A DNA stretch of 64,000 nt, taken from NCBI RefSeq assembly GCF_016432865.1, contig NC_067403.1, positions 264,058,001 through 264,122,000 of the forward strand, read 5' to 3'. This stretch comes from Antechinus flavipes (taxonomy: Eukaryota). Below are positions 24,201 to 34,215 of the stretch, piece after piece. Under the pieces are notes generated by a model. The model had not been told where the DNA came from and made no database searches. It saw nothing but the letters and a program-made list of their open reading frames with translations. Made by a program: the position numbers and the translations under genes. Position 1 is the first letter of the stretch. Each line of letters starts with the position of its first letter.

Positions 24201-27200
24201 AAGTGAGAGGAGAGGGGCAAGAGAGACATGCAAGAGGGACGTGCTAAAGTGCCCTCGGGTGTTTCATTAGTTCCTCTCAACCAGCCTGCGGGGCAGATGC
24301 TATTATTTCCATTTTGCAGTCAAAGAAACTGAGGCTAAAAGAGTTGCCTGGAGGGTTGGAGGCTAGGTTTGAACTCCTGGGCTCCAGGCCCAGGGCTGCA
24401 GGAGGGATGGCATCCCTGTGGAGGGCCAAGAAAGCCCAGGGATGGAAAAGGGGCCTTGGGAGTGGGCAGCAGGGATTTCAGTGGGTCTGATGAGGTCAGA
24501 GGCCGAGAGAAGAAAATGGAGGCAGCTCTTGGAGGGATGCTGAACAACAAGTGGGGACTGAGGGATGGGGGGGGGGGAACCCGGATGAGCAAGGCCGTGA
24601 GCCAGCCTCTCGGGAGAGAAAGGAGGAGCTGGATCCAGAGCGGTCCTGGGGGTGCCCCCCTCCCACTATGGCGGCCCTAGGGGTGTCCCCCGACTACGGC
24701 TTTGACAAACCCCCTCCTTAACTTCATCTGAGGATCTCTTACTTGGAGCTCCCCCTTCTCAAAGCCCCCCTTGTCCAGGAACCTAAAGGAGTGGGAGCAG
24801 TTCCATTTGCAGAGGTGAGTGGGGGGCCAGCCGCCGGGAAGGGGCCTCCTGGGAGAGACCGGCTGCCTCCTCCTGGCCCTGGAAGCTCACCTTCCCTGCT
24901 TCTGGGCCTCTCCCCCTGCCACCACCGGGCCAGGTCGTGCCTGCCAATTACGGGTGGCCCACAGGGCCCTGGCTCGAGCTCCCCCCCAGTGCCATCCACT
25001 CCGGCAAGTCAGACACCCTCTCCCCATCTCCTTTCCTTCCCTCCCTACCCCCCTGCCATGACCAGTGCTACCCATCAGCTCCCCTCAAAGGCTGCTTCCT
25101 CTGTCCCTGTTCCTTCTCCCAGCTCTGCCCGGAGCTCACCCACCGTGTCCCCAACCGCTCCTGGAGGGGGCTCTGACTGGCCCCCCTGCTTCTGGCCCCA
25201 CGCCCAGCCTCACTCTGAGCCAGCCCTCTCCGCTGTGAACATTCTGCCTCCCTTCCTCCCCGGACCCTAGTGCCTTCCCCTTGCCTCCCAACAAAGCTCG
25301 GTTTCCAGTCCTTTACTGCTCCTTCCTTCAGCCTTCTTGTACTCGATCCTCCTCCCCGCCCCCAACTCTGCCATCCAGGTGCCCTGGCTTTCCACTCTAG
25401 CTGAAAGCTGGCATACAGTAGGTGCTCAATCAATGCTGATGGACTGGTCTTGAAGAGAATGCTCCATCTTTATCTCTGATCATCCCTCATTCCTGGACCG
25501 CCCTCGCTCCTCCCACCTGCTTCCTAGTTCCCTGTTACCTCTCCTGGGCCCCCTCCCAAACCCCCACCCATGACCTTTCCCCTTCTCTTCCCTTCCTCTG
25601 TCCCAGTGAACTATGGCCCCAGGGGCTCCTGGTGAGCCTGACCCGGGAGGGGCTTGCTCGGTGTTGCCAACGGCCTGCCTGCAGCAGTGCTCCCCCTGCT
25701 CCTTTGGCCCTGCTATGAGGACTTGCGGAGGTGGGGGGTGGCCGGGGGGCTCCGGCCCACTTCCCCTCCCCCTCCTGTTGCATGCAGCCTCAGTCTCCCT
25801 TTGAAGTCCCTGCCCCAGGCAGCCCTCCCCCCCCCCCCGCCTCCCCAGGCAGGACCCCCAGAGCCAGGAATGGGCTGCCAGGACTGCAGGGGCGGGTGGG
25901 GGGGCTCCAGCTGGGCCAGTCCATGCTCTCCCCCGCCGCTAGTTAGTGACTCCCCCCGCCCCAGGCAGCCCCGGGTACCCCTCGTGCAGCGTGTTCAGCC
26001 GCTCCATGTACTGGGCCACAATGTCCACAGCCTCAGCCTCGGCCAGCTGCAGGTTCCCAGACACGTTGCACCGAAGGTCGTTCCAGTCCGAGCGCAGCAG
26101 CTCGAAGTCCATGGCCCCCACGCTGAACGTGCGCTGCCAGTTGATGGCCTCCTCAGGCCAGGAGCCCCGGGGCGGGGCCGCCTCCTCCTCCTCGCTGTCC
26201 TGGGACGTGGCCGTCTCCTCGGGACCGGCCTCTGCTCCCTCCGCCCCAAGCTTCCCCCCCGCAGGCCCGGCCTGCGCCACCTCGGACACGTGAAGGAAGG
26301 AGGTGACGGGCTCGCCCCGCTCTGAGGAGGCGTTGGAGGCCGGGCCGGGGAGCCCGGTGGTCGGGTCCAGGGCCCCCTGAGTGAGGCTGCCTCTGGAGGT
26401 CCTCCTGAGGGAATTCCCAGGCCCCGGGGGCCGGGCCGGGGAGGCGCCGACCGTGGGAACTCGATGCCCCGGAGGCCGGCGAGGAGCCCGCAGATGCACC
26501 CTCTGAAGGGGCCGGGGGTAGAGGAAAATGCCAGGCAGTGGGGGCTGCCAGGGGCCGCGGGCGAGCCAGGGCCGGGGCCGTGGGGGCCGCGTCCGGGAGG
26601 GCCGGTGCTGCCCGCGGTGCACCCTCGTCACGTACACTTTCTCTGGCTTCTTTGGGGACCGTGGGGCAGGAGGCCTGGGGGGCGGCGCCCGTCCCAGGAA
26701 GAGGGAGGTCGCCAAGGCTCCCTCGGGACCTTGGGGGGTGACTGAAGCCGGCTGGGCCCAGCTGAGGGCGCGGGTGAGCCGGGGCTCCCGCCTTGGGCGG
26801 GGGTCGGGGCTGCTGTCCTTGGTCCCTTGGGGGTCCCGAGTGCCCCAGGGGGGAGAGGTGGTCCTGCTGGGGGAGGGCTGGGCTCCTGTGGGCTCTGGGC
26901 TGTCCGCTTCCTCTTCTTCCTCTTCCTCCTCCAAGAAACCTGGGGAGAAGGGACAGCTGCTCAAGGAACTGCCTGCGGGCAGGGGGAATTAGGAGGCTCT
27001 GGCCGGGGGCACTCACTGTCTGGGTCGAGGAACAGGAAAGCTCCACGCCCAACCCCCTCCTCATCCCCGTCGTCTTCGTCGTCCATCTTCATGTATTTGT
27101 AAAACCCAAACCTGGGGAGGCAGGGAGGCTGGACTAAGAAACGCCTCCCCTCCTCCCCTGGCCGCCTGAGGTAAGCAATTCTGGCAGGACCTGGGCACTG

Positions 27201-30200
27201 CCCCCTCTGCCCCCCCAGCCCTGCTCGGGCCCCATGGGCACTGCCCCCTCTGCCCCCCCAGCCCTGCTTGGGCCCCATGGGCACTGCCCCCTCTGCCCCC
27301 CCAGCCCTGCTCGGGCCCCATGGGCACTGCCCCCTCTGCCCCCCCAGCCCTGCTTGGGCCCCATGGGCACTGCCCCCTTTGCCTCCCAGCCCTGCTTGGG
27401 CCCCTTGGGCACCACCTTTCCAGGTACAGTGGAGACTCCCGGTAGAAGCACTTGTTACTAGTTTCCATATGTGTGAGTCGGGTGAAGTCATTGGGGTACA
27501 CAAAGGAGAGATAGACCTGGAGGCGAGGGTCCCAAAGGTTAGAGGTCACAGGTTAGAGGCAGGACCTCCTTTAGGAATCTGGGGGCAAGGTAGAGGTCAC
27601 TTACGAACTGCAGGCCCTGGTAGCGGGCGATGGGGAAGTCCTTGACCACGTAGGTGGGGGCGTAAGCACAGGGCACCAGCACGTTCTCCAGACGGGATGG
27701 CTCCAGCCTGGGCGCTGGGGGCGGGAGGGAGGGGGAAGGGTCAGCGACCTGCCCCAGCCACTGTCCTCCGGCCCCTCCGGCCCGTCTCCCCCCCCCTCAC
27801 TGAGGAAAAAGGTGTCCCGGGCATCCGGCCTCAGCATGTCTGCCCCGAGCTCCTTGGGCTGTGGCCCCAGCTTGGCCACGTGGCTGGCCAGGGACTGGGG
27901 GATGTGGGTCACGTGATCCATCTTCAGGGATGACTCATCTGGGGGGAGAGAGGACCCCTGAAGTCACCTCCTCCCAGGGGCCGCCCTCTGCCCTCTGCCC
28001 TCGGATGGGCCCGCTGCCCCCGACTTCTCACACCTGTGTAGAGGGAGATGTGGGAGGAGCCGATGACCTCGAACTTCAGGCCGGGCAGGAACACTCGCCA
28101 CTGGGGAGGGAGGGAGGACATGTTAGAGGCCAGGGCGGAGCTTCAGGGGGGCCGGGGGCTGCCCCGCTCCGGCCCCAACCGGGGGGCTCAGGACTCACCC
28201 CCACTTCCACGTGGTCAGATCCCCGGTCATCCTGCTTGTGCAGCAGCTCAAAGTAATAGCGTCGGGAAGAGGAGAGCCTGGGAGGGAGAACCAGAGGGGC
28301 GCTGGGTGGGGAGACTGGGGAAGGGGGGGCCTGCTTCCCAATGGGGGGAGATGGGGAAGGAGACACTGGGGGGCCTGCCCCCAAGGGGGAGAGGGGGACA
28401 CTGAGGATCCTGCTTCCCAAAGGGGTGGCAGACGGGGGAGAGAGAGACTTGGGGTCCTGCCTCCCAAGGGGGAGGGGGGAGAATGAGGGTCCCGCCTCCC
28501 CAAAGGGGGTCTGGGATATATTCATTTAGGAAGAATCCCTGGGGCTTGAACCCTCAGATACAAGGGCCAGGGCTCCCCCACTGTGTCTGGGCCCAGGGGG
28601 TTTTGGCTGGGATCCCCGGGGAGCCCACCGAGCTCTCACCGCTTGGGCTTGGACACCTGGGAGCTGAACTTGGTGAATTCCCCGGGTGCTGTCCACTCGG
28701 AGCCGGTCTAGAGTGAGGAATATGAGGGGAGCGCGTGACGTGGGCCCCTTGTCACCCCATAAGTAGCCTGGAGGTGGAGGGAGACCCTGAGACAGCTCCG
28801 GGAGGGCCCCTCCCCACCAGCTCGTGGCTTGCCGTGGCCTTGACAGGAAGTCACTGGCCACTGTTTGGGACCCTCTGGCTGCAGGAGCTCCCTCCTCCCT
28901 CATAACAGGAGCCAGTGGGGGCCTGCTGGGCCCTCTTGCCCTCCCTGGCCTGGCTCCTGAGTCTGCCCTCTCCCCTGCGGGCACAAACCTCCCTCTCTGA
29001 GGGTCCTCCCTGCAGCCCCTAGCCATTAGTTCTCTGGGCTGAAGGAGCCCTTTCCTTCATGGGAGGCCTGGGGAGCCTCATTTCAGAGGGAAGACCCTGC
29101 GACTTCCCCCACGTGCTTAGCCCGCTTCTCAGCTTTTCTCCATCTGCATGGACAGCACGTGGGGGAAGTCGCAGGGTCTTCCCTCTGAAATGAGGCTCCT
29201 GCTTCCCAAAGGGGTGGCAGACGGGGGAGAGAGAGACTTGGGATCCTGCCTCCCAAGGGGGAGGGGGGAGAATGAGGGTCCCGCCTCCCCAAAGAGGGTC
29301 TGGGGTATATTCATTTAGGAAGAATCCTTGGGGCTTAGCCCTAGAATCCAGCTCTTGGGCCTTGGACCTTCCCATCCTGGCCTGGAGAAACTGGTTGTTC
29401 CCTCTCTTCCAATGCCTGGGGCTCTCCTGGGAGGGTCTCTAAGGCCCCTTGGATCCAGGTGTTGGCTGAGCACGGGGCCTGCGGGCACAGGGCCGGCCTG
29501 GGCCTCCTGGGCCCTATCTTCCTCACCCCAGCCCCCTTACTGCCCCAGGCCCAACTTCTCAGGGGTGGTCTCTGCCTTGGGGTCGGCCCCGCCCCAGCTG
29601 TCTCTGCTTCTGGCTGAGAAGCAGGCTAAGCAGAGAGCCCTGGGCCCATCGCTGGAGACCCCCAGCCCCGGCGGGGGGTCCTGGGCATACCTTGCCTACG
29701 TAGGCCACCAGCTGGGCACCTGCTGGGCTCTCATCGGGGCTCAGCCAGAACTCTGAGTTATCATCGGAGGCCACAGAGAACTGGACGTCACCTGAGGACC
29801 AGGCAGGGGCCACGCTCTAGCACCATGGCGGAGCCCCCCACGGGTGATCCCGTGGCCTCCTCCCTGCGCCCCCTCCCTGGACCTCGCCCCCATACCGTCT
29901 CTGCTGGGGTGGATGTAGCCGAAGATGCGCAGACCGTAATTCTTCCACTTAGGCGACACGGCCAGTTTCTTCACTGTCGTGCGGCTCTGGGCAGGGACGA
30001 TGGGGCAGCCCATGACCTCCTGACCCCAGGACCCTCTCTGGGCATGCGGCCCTTCTGATGTCTGGGAGCCCTGACCCTCCTTTCCCTTCACCCCCTGCCT
30101 AATGTCCCCTGGGCCTCCCAGCGTCCCCTGATCCCTCCAAGCTCCATCCACAGCCTCCCCTGATATCTCCTTGGCTCCTGGTCTCCCCCTCCAATTCTCT

Positions 30201-33200
30201 CTTCCCCTTCGACCGTGGCCCTCGGGCTCCCCCAGGTCCCCAGGCTCCCCCGTCCGCTGCCCCTCCTCTGCCCCGCCAGGGGCACACTCACATGGGGAAA
30301 CAGTGGGAAATGAAGGTTCCTCCTCAGGCTCCCCACAGTGCCTCCACACCAGTCCTCAAACACGTGCAGGTTGACCTTCCCCCTGTACTGTGTGTGCAAG
30401 AGGCCCATTGCCCTGTGACCCTGCGGTGGGAGCCTGGCTGTCACCGGCCCCCGCGAGCCCTCACTGCCCTCGGGCACTCACCTCCTCCTGCCATGGGGGG
30501 ACCTGGCGGGTGAGGTTCGGAGGGGATGGCCGTCCGCCCTGTCCAGGGAAGGTGCTCAGCTCCCGCCCGTCGGCCTGCAGGAGAGAGTGTGACTCAGGTG
30601 TGGAGAGCACAGGGGTGGGGGGGCGCGGGGTGCCCACATCGTGGGGGCCCTTACCAGCTGCTCCTCCTCACGGCTCTCGCTGGAGTCTTCCACCCTCTTG
30701 GGGGGAGACACGACCTGGGATCCTCCCGCCCCCTTCCCGGCGTCCGTGACCTCACTCAGCTTTTCTCCATCTGCATGGGCAGCACGTGGGGGAAGTTGCA
30801 GGGTCTTCCCTCTGAAATGAGGCTCCCCAGGCCTCCCATGGCCCAGCGGCCTCCCCTGGCCCAGAGGCCTCCCCTGGCCCAGAGGCCTCCCCTGGCCCAG
30901 AAGCCTCCCCTGGCCCAGAGGCCTCCCCTGGCCCAGAAGCCTCCCCTGGCCCAGAAGCCTCCCCTGGCCCAGAGGCCTCCCCTGGCCCAGAAGCCTCCCC
31001 TGGCCCAGAAGCCTCCCCTGGCCCAGAGGCCTCCCCTGGCCCAGTGGCCTCCCCTGGCCCAGTGGCCTCCCCTGGCCCAGAGGCCTCCCCTGGCCCAGAA
31101 GCCTCCCCTGGCCCAGTGGCCTCCCCTGGCCCAGTGGCCTCCCACCTAGGCCAGGGCCCACTGCCCCCAGCATGGAGCTGCCCTGTCAGGGAACAAGTTG
31201 GTGGGGAAGGAGGGGAGAGGTGCCCGCGCTATCCTGGGGGGCCTGCAAGGCATGGGCCTAGGGCTCATAGCCCAAGAAGGAAGGTTCTTGTGTCCCAGGG
31301 TTAGCTCATGTGGATGGCTAGCTAGTGTGGACGGGCCAGCAGGAGGGCCCATCTGAAAGCCGGGATGGGCTGCCGGGCCCCATTGGGCTAACTGCTCCTG
31401 GTGCCCCCCAGTGCCAAACCTGGAACCTCCAACTGGGCGCCCCCCCCACCTGCCATGAGCTGGCCGGGCTGGCCAAAGGAGCAACCTCTCAGCAAGTGAG
31501 GCTGTAGGCTGGACCCCTCTGCAGACCAGGGAAGCTGCCTCCAAGCTCCCCCAACGGGCAGCTCCAGCCTCCTCCCTGTTCTGGGCCCGCAGGACCCCAC
31601 CTCTCTCCTGCAGTGAGCTCGGAACTGAGCTTCCAGACTCCCCTCCATCTCGCACAGCGCACTGGTGCCCTCCCTGGGTCCCGCAGGCCAAAACGCACAC
31701 TCCTAATCCTGGCATTCAAAGCCCCCGCCAGTTGCCTCTCCTTCCTCCACGTGCCCCAACCCCTCTCCAGGGCCAGCGGCCAGTGCGTCCCTTCCCGGCC
31801 CGATGGGAGGGGAGGTCCACGGGGGATGGAAGGAGCTGCCCGGCTCTGGCGCTCCCACTCCGCACACCCGGGCTTGGTTTCCGGAGTCCGGAGCGGATGC
31901 TGAGGTTTCCACTTCCCCATACGGGGAGAACTCTTGCTCTAATACACCTCCTCCCTTTACCCCGGGGCTGCGACCTCCCAAGGAGCCAGGTTCCCTGCTA
32001 GAGGAAGGGGGGGTGGCTTTCCCTTTGGGGAAGGGGAAAAACCCTTAGGGGCCCCCTTGTCAGAGGCTGTCCCCTGCTTGCTGCCCCCTACTCTGGTCAC
32101 TTTCTCACCCTCTTCAGTCCATCAGCCACCAAAATTCTCTTCCTAAAGCAGAATGCTCTCCTCCAACCTTCCGTGGCTCCCTATGGCCACTGGCCCGAGG
32201 CAGCTTCACACTCCTGCACCTTAATCCTCCCCGCAGGTCTCAACTACTCACTTTCCCCAAGCCTGCCTCACAGCATGCTCCCCCGCCCCTGCCCGGGGCC
32301 TAGTGCTAACCCTAATCCTAACGGTGCAGCTCCTGTTCCAGCTTGGCTGGACTCCCTCTCCGTGTTTGATCGCATTTGCTTCCCCTGTGACATTCTGTGG
32401 GAACAGTCCTAGCCTGGAAGACCTTGGGCAGGGATCGGTACTAGTAGGGAAGTCCTGGGGGGAGATGGGAGGTGGTGGAAGGGGGGCGGGGGGAACGGGG
32501 CACGTACAGCCCCAGCCTCTGGCAGGAAATCTGAGCAGGGGGCGGTGGAGGAGGAACAGCCCTGGAATCTGAGTGGACAGGGTCTAGATCCTTCTGCGGA
32601 ATCCCTTCCCGTTCTGGGAGTCCCCCCGCCCCCGGCCCTGCCCTCACGGGACACGGAGCCTCAGTTTCCAATACACAGTCCCGAGGAGACAAGATGCCGC
32701 GGGAGGATGCTGAGTCCCAGGTGCGCTGGCACACCCCAGGTTTGGGACCCCTGACACCCAACCCAGAAGACAAACTCCAGGATGCGGGACGGAATCCGGG
32801 TCTTTAACCTGCCCCCCATCAACAGCCCTATCGGACCCAGGGGGCGCCGGCCCTAGAAGGAGGTGCCGGTGCTTTGGAGCATCTTCTGATAAAAGGGCCA
32901 GGCTCCTTTTCCCCAGAACCAAGGGACGAGCCACGAAAGCCAGGGCTGACACGTGGGCAGAGGGGAAGTGAGAGACCAAGGCTGGAACTCGGACAGGCCA
33001 GTGTCCGCGGCTGGAGAGTGGGAAGCGGGGAACCACGGGTGGTCTTGGAGCAAGGCAGGGCCAATGGCCAGGACTGTGCTTTTGCTGAGTGGAGGACGGA
33101 GGATTGAGGTTTCAGGGATTGGGAACCCCAGGGCAATTTTGTCTGGAAGACCGGTCACCTGTCTCTCTCTCCCCTCCCCGCCGTCCCCCACGGAAAAGGC

Positions 33201-33666
33201 CAAACTGAAGAGGACCCTGACTGCCCCGTTGGTCTGGTGGCCAGGCCGCTCTGCCACAGGCTCCAGTGGTCCCTTCCCTGTCCTCACACTGGCCTGCCTC
33301 TGAATAACCTTTCCCCGTTACTTGCCTAGTTCTAATGGGGTGTGAGATCCTCCCACCCAGGACCCCACTGAGGGGGTCTTTCTGGCCAGGGACCTCCAGA
33401 GGTGATACTCTCAGCGGGCCGTGACCCAGCTGTTCCCTCCCAAAGGCCCCAGGGCTCTGTGGAGGAGAAAGTGAGGCAGCCGGGGGAGCTTCCCTGGGCG
33501 GGAGCCTACCTGGGCCGGAGCCTCCGCTGAGGCGCAGCCGAAGGGCTCTGCCCTGGCGCACGAGGCTCAGGTGCAGGTAGGTGAGCCACGCGGCGCAGGT
33601 GAGCAGCACCAGCAGCAGTAGCAGGCGGAACTGCTTGCGAAGCTTCTTCACTGGGAAGCGCAGCAT
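21135..33666 (-). CDS. B4GALNT4: Beta-1,4-N-acetylgalactosaminyltransferase 4, complete 20-exon CDS (1078 aa)
   Basis: Exons (minus): 33666-33510, 30770-30655, 30574-30482, 30387-30292, 29986-29896, 29791-29691, 28707-28640, 28277-28199, 28100-28034, 27938-27801, 27714-27605, 27516-27416, 27111-27017, 26939-25979, 23126-22786, 22689-22536, 22387-22315, 22198-22045, 21856-21730, 21249-21135; all GT-AG, phases join into one frame; TM anchor, PA14-type region, FLCDLH and WGGED catalytic motifs. Confidence 0.97.
21730..21856 (-). CDS. B4GALNT4: B4GALNT4 exon 19
   Basis: [41 protein letters not shown]. Confidence 0.96.
22045..22198 (-). CDS. B4GALNT4: B4GALNT4 exon 18
   Basis: [51 protein letters not shown]. 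Confidence 0.95.
22315..22387 (-). CDS. B4GALNT4: B4GALNT4 exon 17
   Basis: [24 protein letters not shown]. Confidence 0.95.
22536..22689 (-). CDS. B4GALNT4: B4GALNT4 exon 16
   Basis: [50 protein letters not shown]. Confidence 0.95.
22786..23126 (-). CDS. B4GALNT4: B4GALNT4 exon 15
   Basis: [28 protein letters not shown]...[20 protein letters not shown]. Confidence 0.95.
25979..26939 (-). CDS. B4GALNT4: B4GALNT4 exon 14 (large Pro-rich stem exon)
   Basis: FLEEEEE...RALSWA...[11 protein letters not shown]...[34 protein letters not shown]...YMERLN. Confidence 0.93.
27017..27111 (-). CDS. B4GALNT4: B4GALNT4 exon 13
   Basis: [31 protein letters not shown]. Confidence 0.93.
27192..27412. repeat. 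43-bp minisatellite x5 in B4GALNT4 intron 12
   Basis: TGGGCACTG unit starts at 27192, 27235, 27278, 27321, 27364. Confidence 0.95.
27416..27516 (-). CDS. B4GALNT4: B4GALNT4 exon 12
   Basis: [33 protein letters not shown]. Confidence 0.95.
27605..27714 (-). CDS. B4GALNT4: B4GALNT4 exon 11
   Basis: [36 protein letters not shown]; |GTAAGT donor. Confidence 0.93.
27801..27938 (-). CDS. B4GALNT4: B4GALNT4 exon 10
   Basis: [21 protein letters not shown]...[13 protein letters not shown]. Confidence 0.93.
28034..28100 (-). CDS. B4GALNT4: B4GALNT4 exon 9
   Basis: [22 protein letters not shown]. Confidence 0.95.
28199..28277 (-). CDS. B4GALNT4: B4GALNT4 exon 8
   Basis: [26 protein letters not shown]. 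Confidence 0.95.
28305..28510. repeat. Degenerate ~40-bp G-rich tandem repeat in B4GALNT4 intron 7
   Basis: Recurring CCTGC(T/C)TCCCAA(A)GGGG core. Confidence 0.6.
28640..28707 (-). CDS. B4GALNT4: B4GALNT4 exon 7
   Basis: [22 protein letters not shown]. Confidence 0.95.
29072..29199. repeat. Perfect 46-bp inverted repeat with 36-nt loop (intron 6)
   Basis: 29072-29117 is the exact reverse complement of 29154-29199. Confidence 0.97.
29197..29336. repeat. 140-bp direct duplicate of 28408-28547
   Basis: Constant offset 789 nt, 4 mismatches by hand comparison. Confidence 0.95.
29691..29791 (-). CDS. B4GALNT4: B4GALNT4 exon 6
   Basis: [34 protein letters not shown]; phase-0 donor |GTATGC. Confidence 0.95.
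29896..29986 (-). CDS. B4GALNT4: B4GALNT4 exon 5
   Basis: [30 protein letters not shown]. Confidence 0.95.
30292..30387 (-). CDS. B4GALNT4: B4GALNT4 exon 4
   Basis: [32 protein letters not shown]. Confidence 0.95.
30482..30574 (-). CDS. B4GALNT4: B4GALNT4 exon 3
   Basis: [31 protein letters not shown]; 93 nt, |GTGAGT donor. Confidence 0.88.
30655..30770 (-). CDS. B4GALNT4: B4GALNT4 exon 2
   Basis: DGEKL...[12 protein letters not shown]; CAG| acceptor, |GTAAGG donor. Confidence 0.9.
30830..31143. repeat. 18-bp minisatellite GGCCTCCCCTGGCCCAGA x17 in B4GALNT4 intron 1
   Basis: Direct tandem array with three unit variants. Confidence 0.97.
33510..33666 (-). CDS. B4GALNT4: B4GALNT4 exon 1 (cytoplasmic tail and TM anchor)
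   Basis: [43 protein letters not shown]; donor CAG|GTAGG. Confidence 0.95.
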
Positions 33667-34027
33667 GGTCAGGGGTGGGTCCCAGCCGGCCCGGCCAGGG
33701 CTCCCCGGGCCTGCCTGCCCGCCCTCCCCGCCGCCTTTCTTTCCTCCTGGTCCCGCTGTCCCTAGCTGCCTCGGTCCCCGGGCACCCCCAGCCTCATGCT
33801 CCCCGAGCCCTGGGCAGGGAAGGGGCGGGCAGGGCTGGAATGGACCAGGCTGGGCAGGGCCCGGATGGGCCGGCCGGGCAGGGATGGACTGGGCAGGGCC
33901 GGCACTCCCTCCGTCCTTCTCTCTTTCACTCCAGGGACGGCCAGGCCCGGACCCACTTCAGCGCCCACCGCCCGGGCTCCGGGCTTCGTACATTGGCCAG
34001 GGGGCCGGGGCTCCGAACCAGCGCATG

Positions 34028-34215
34028 ACCCCCTCCTCCTCCTCCTCTTTCTCCCGCCTCTTCTTCCTCCTCCTCCCCCTCCCACCTCTTCTTCCTCCTC
34101 CTCCTTCTCCCCTTCTTTCTCTTTCCTCCGGCTCCTTCTCCCCCTCTTTCTCCTCCTCCTTGTCCCCCTCCTTTCCTCCCTTCCCCCTCCTCTTCTTCCT
34201 CCTCCTCCTCCTCCT
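34028..34215. repeat. Polypyrimidine/polypurine (CT-rich) tract
   Basis: ~190 nt almost purely C/T on plus. Confidence 0.85.

Noticed and set aside
30526-31173. ORFs with QRPPLA / GQGRPL repeats
   Set aside because: Translations of the intron-1 18-bp VNTR; only the exon-2 part is real coding sequence
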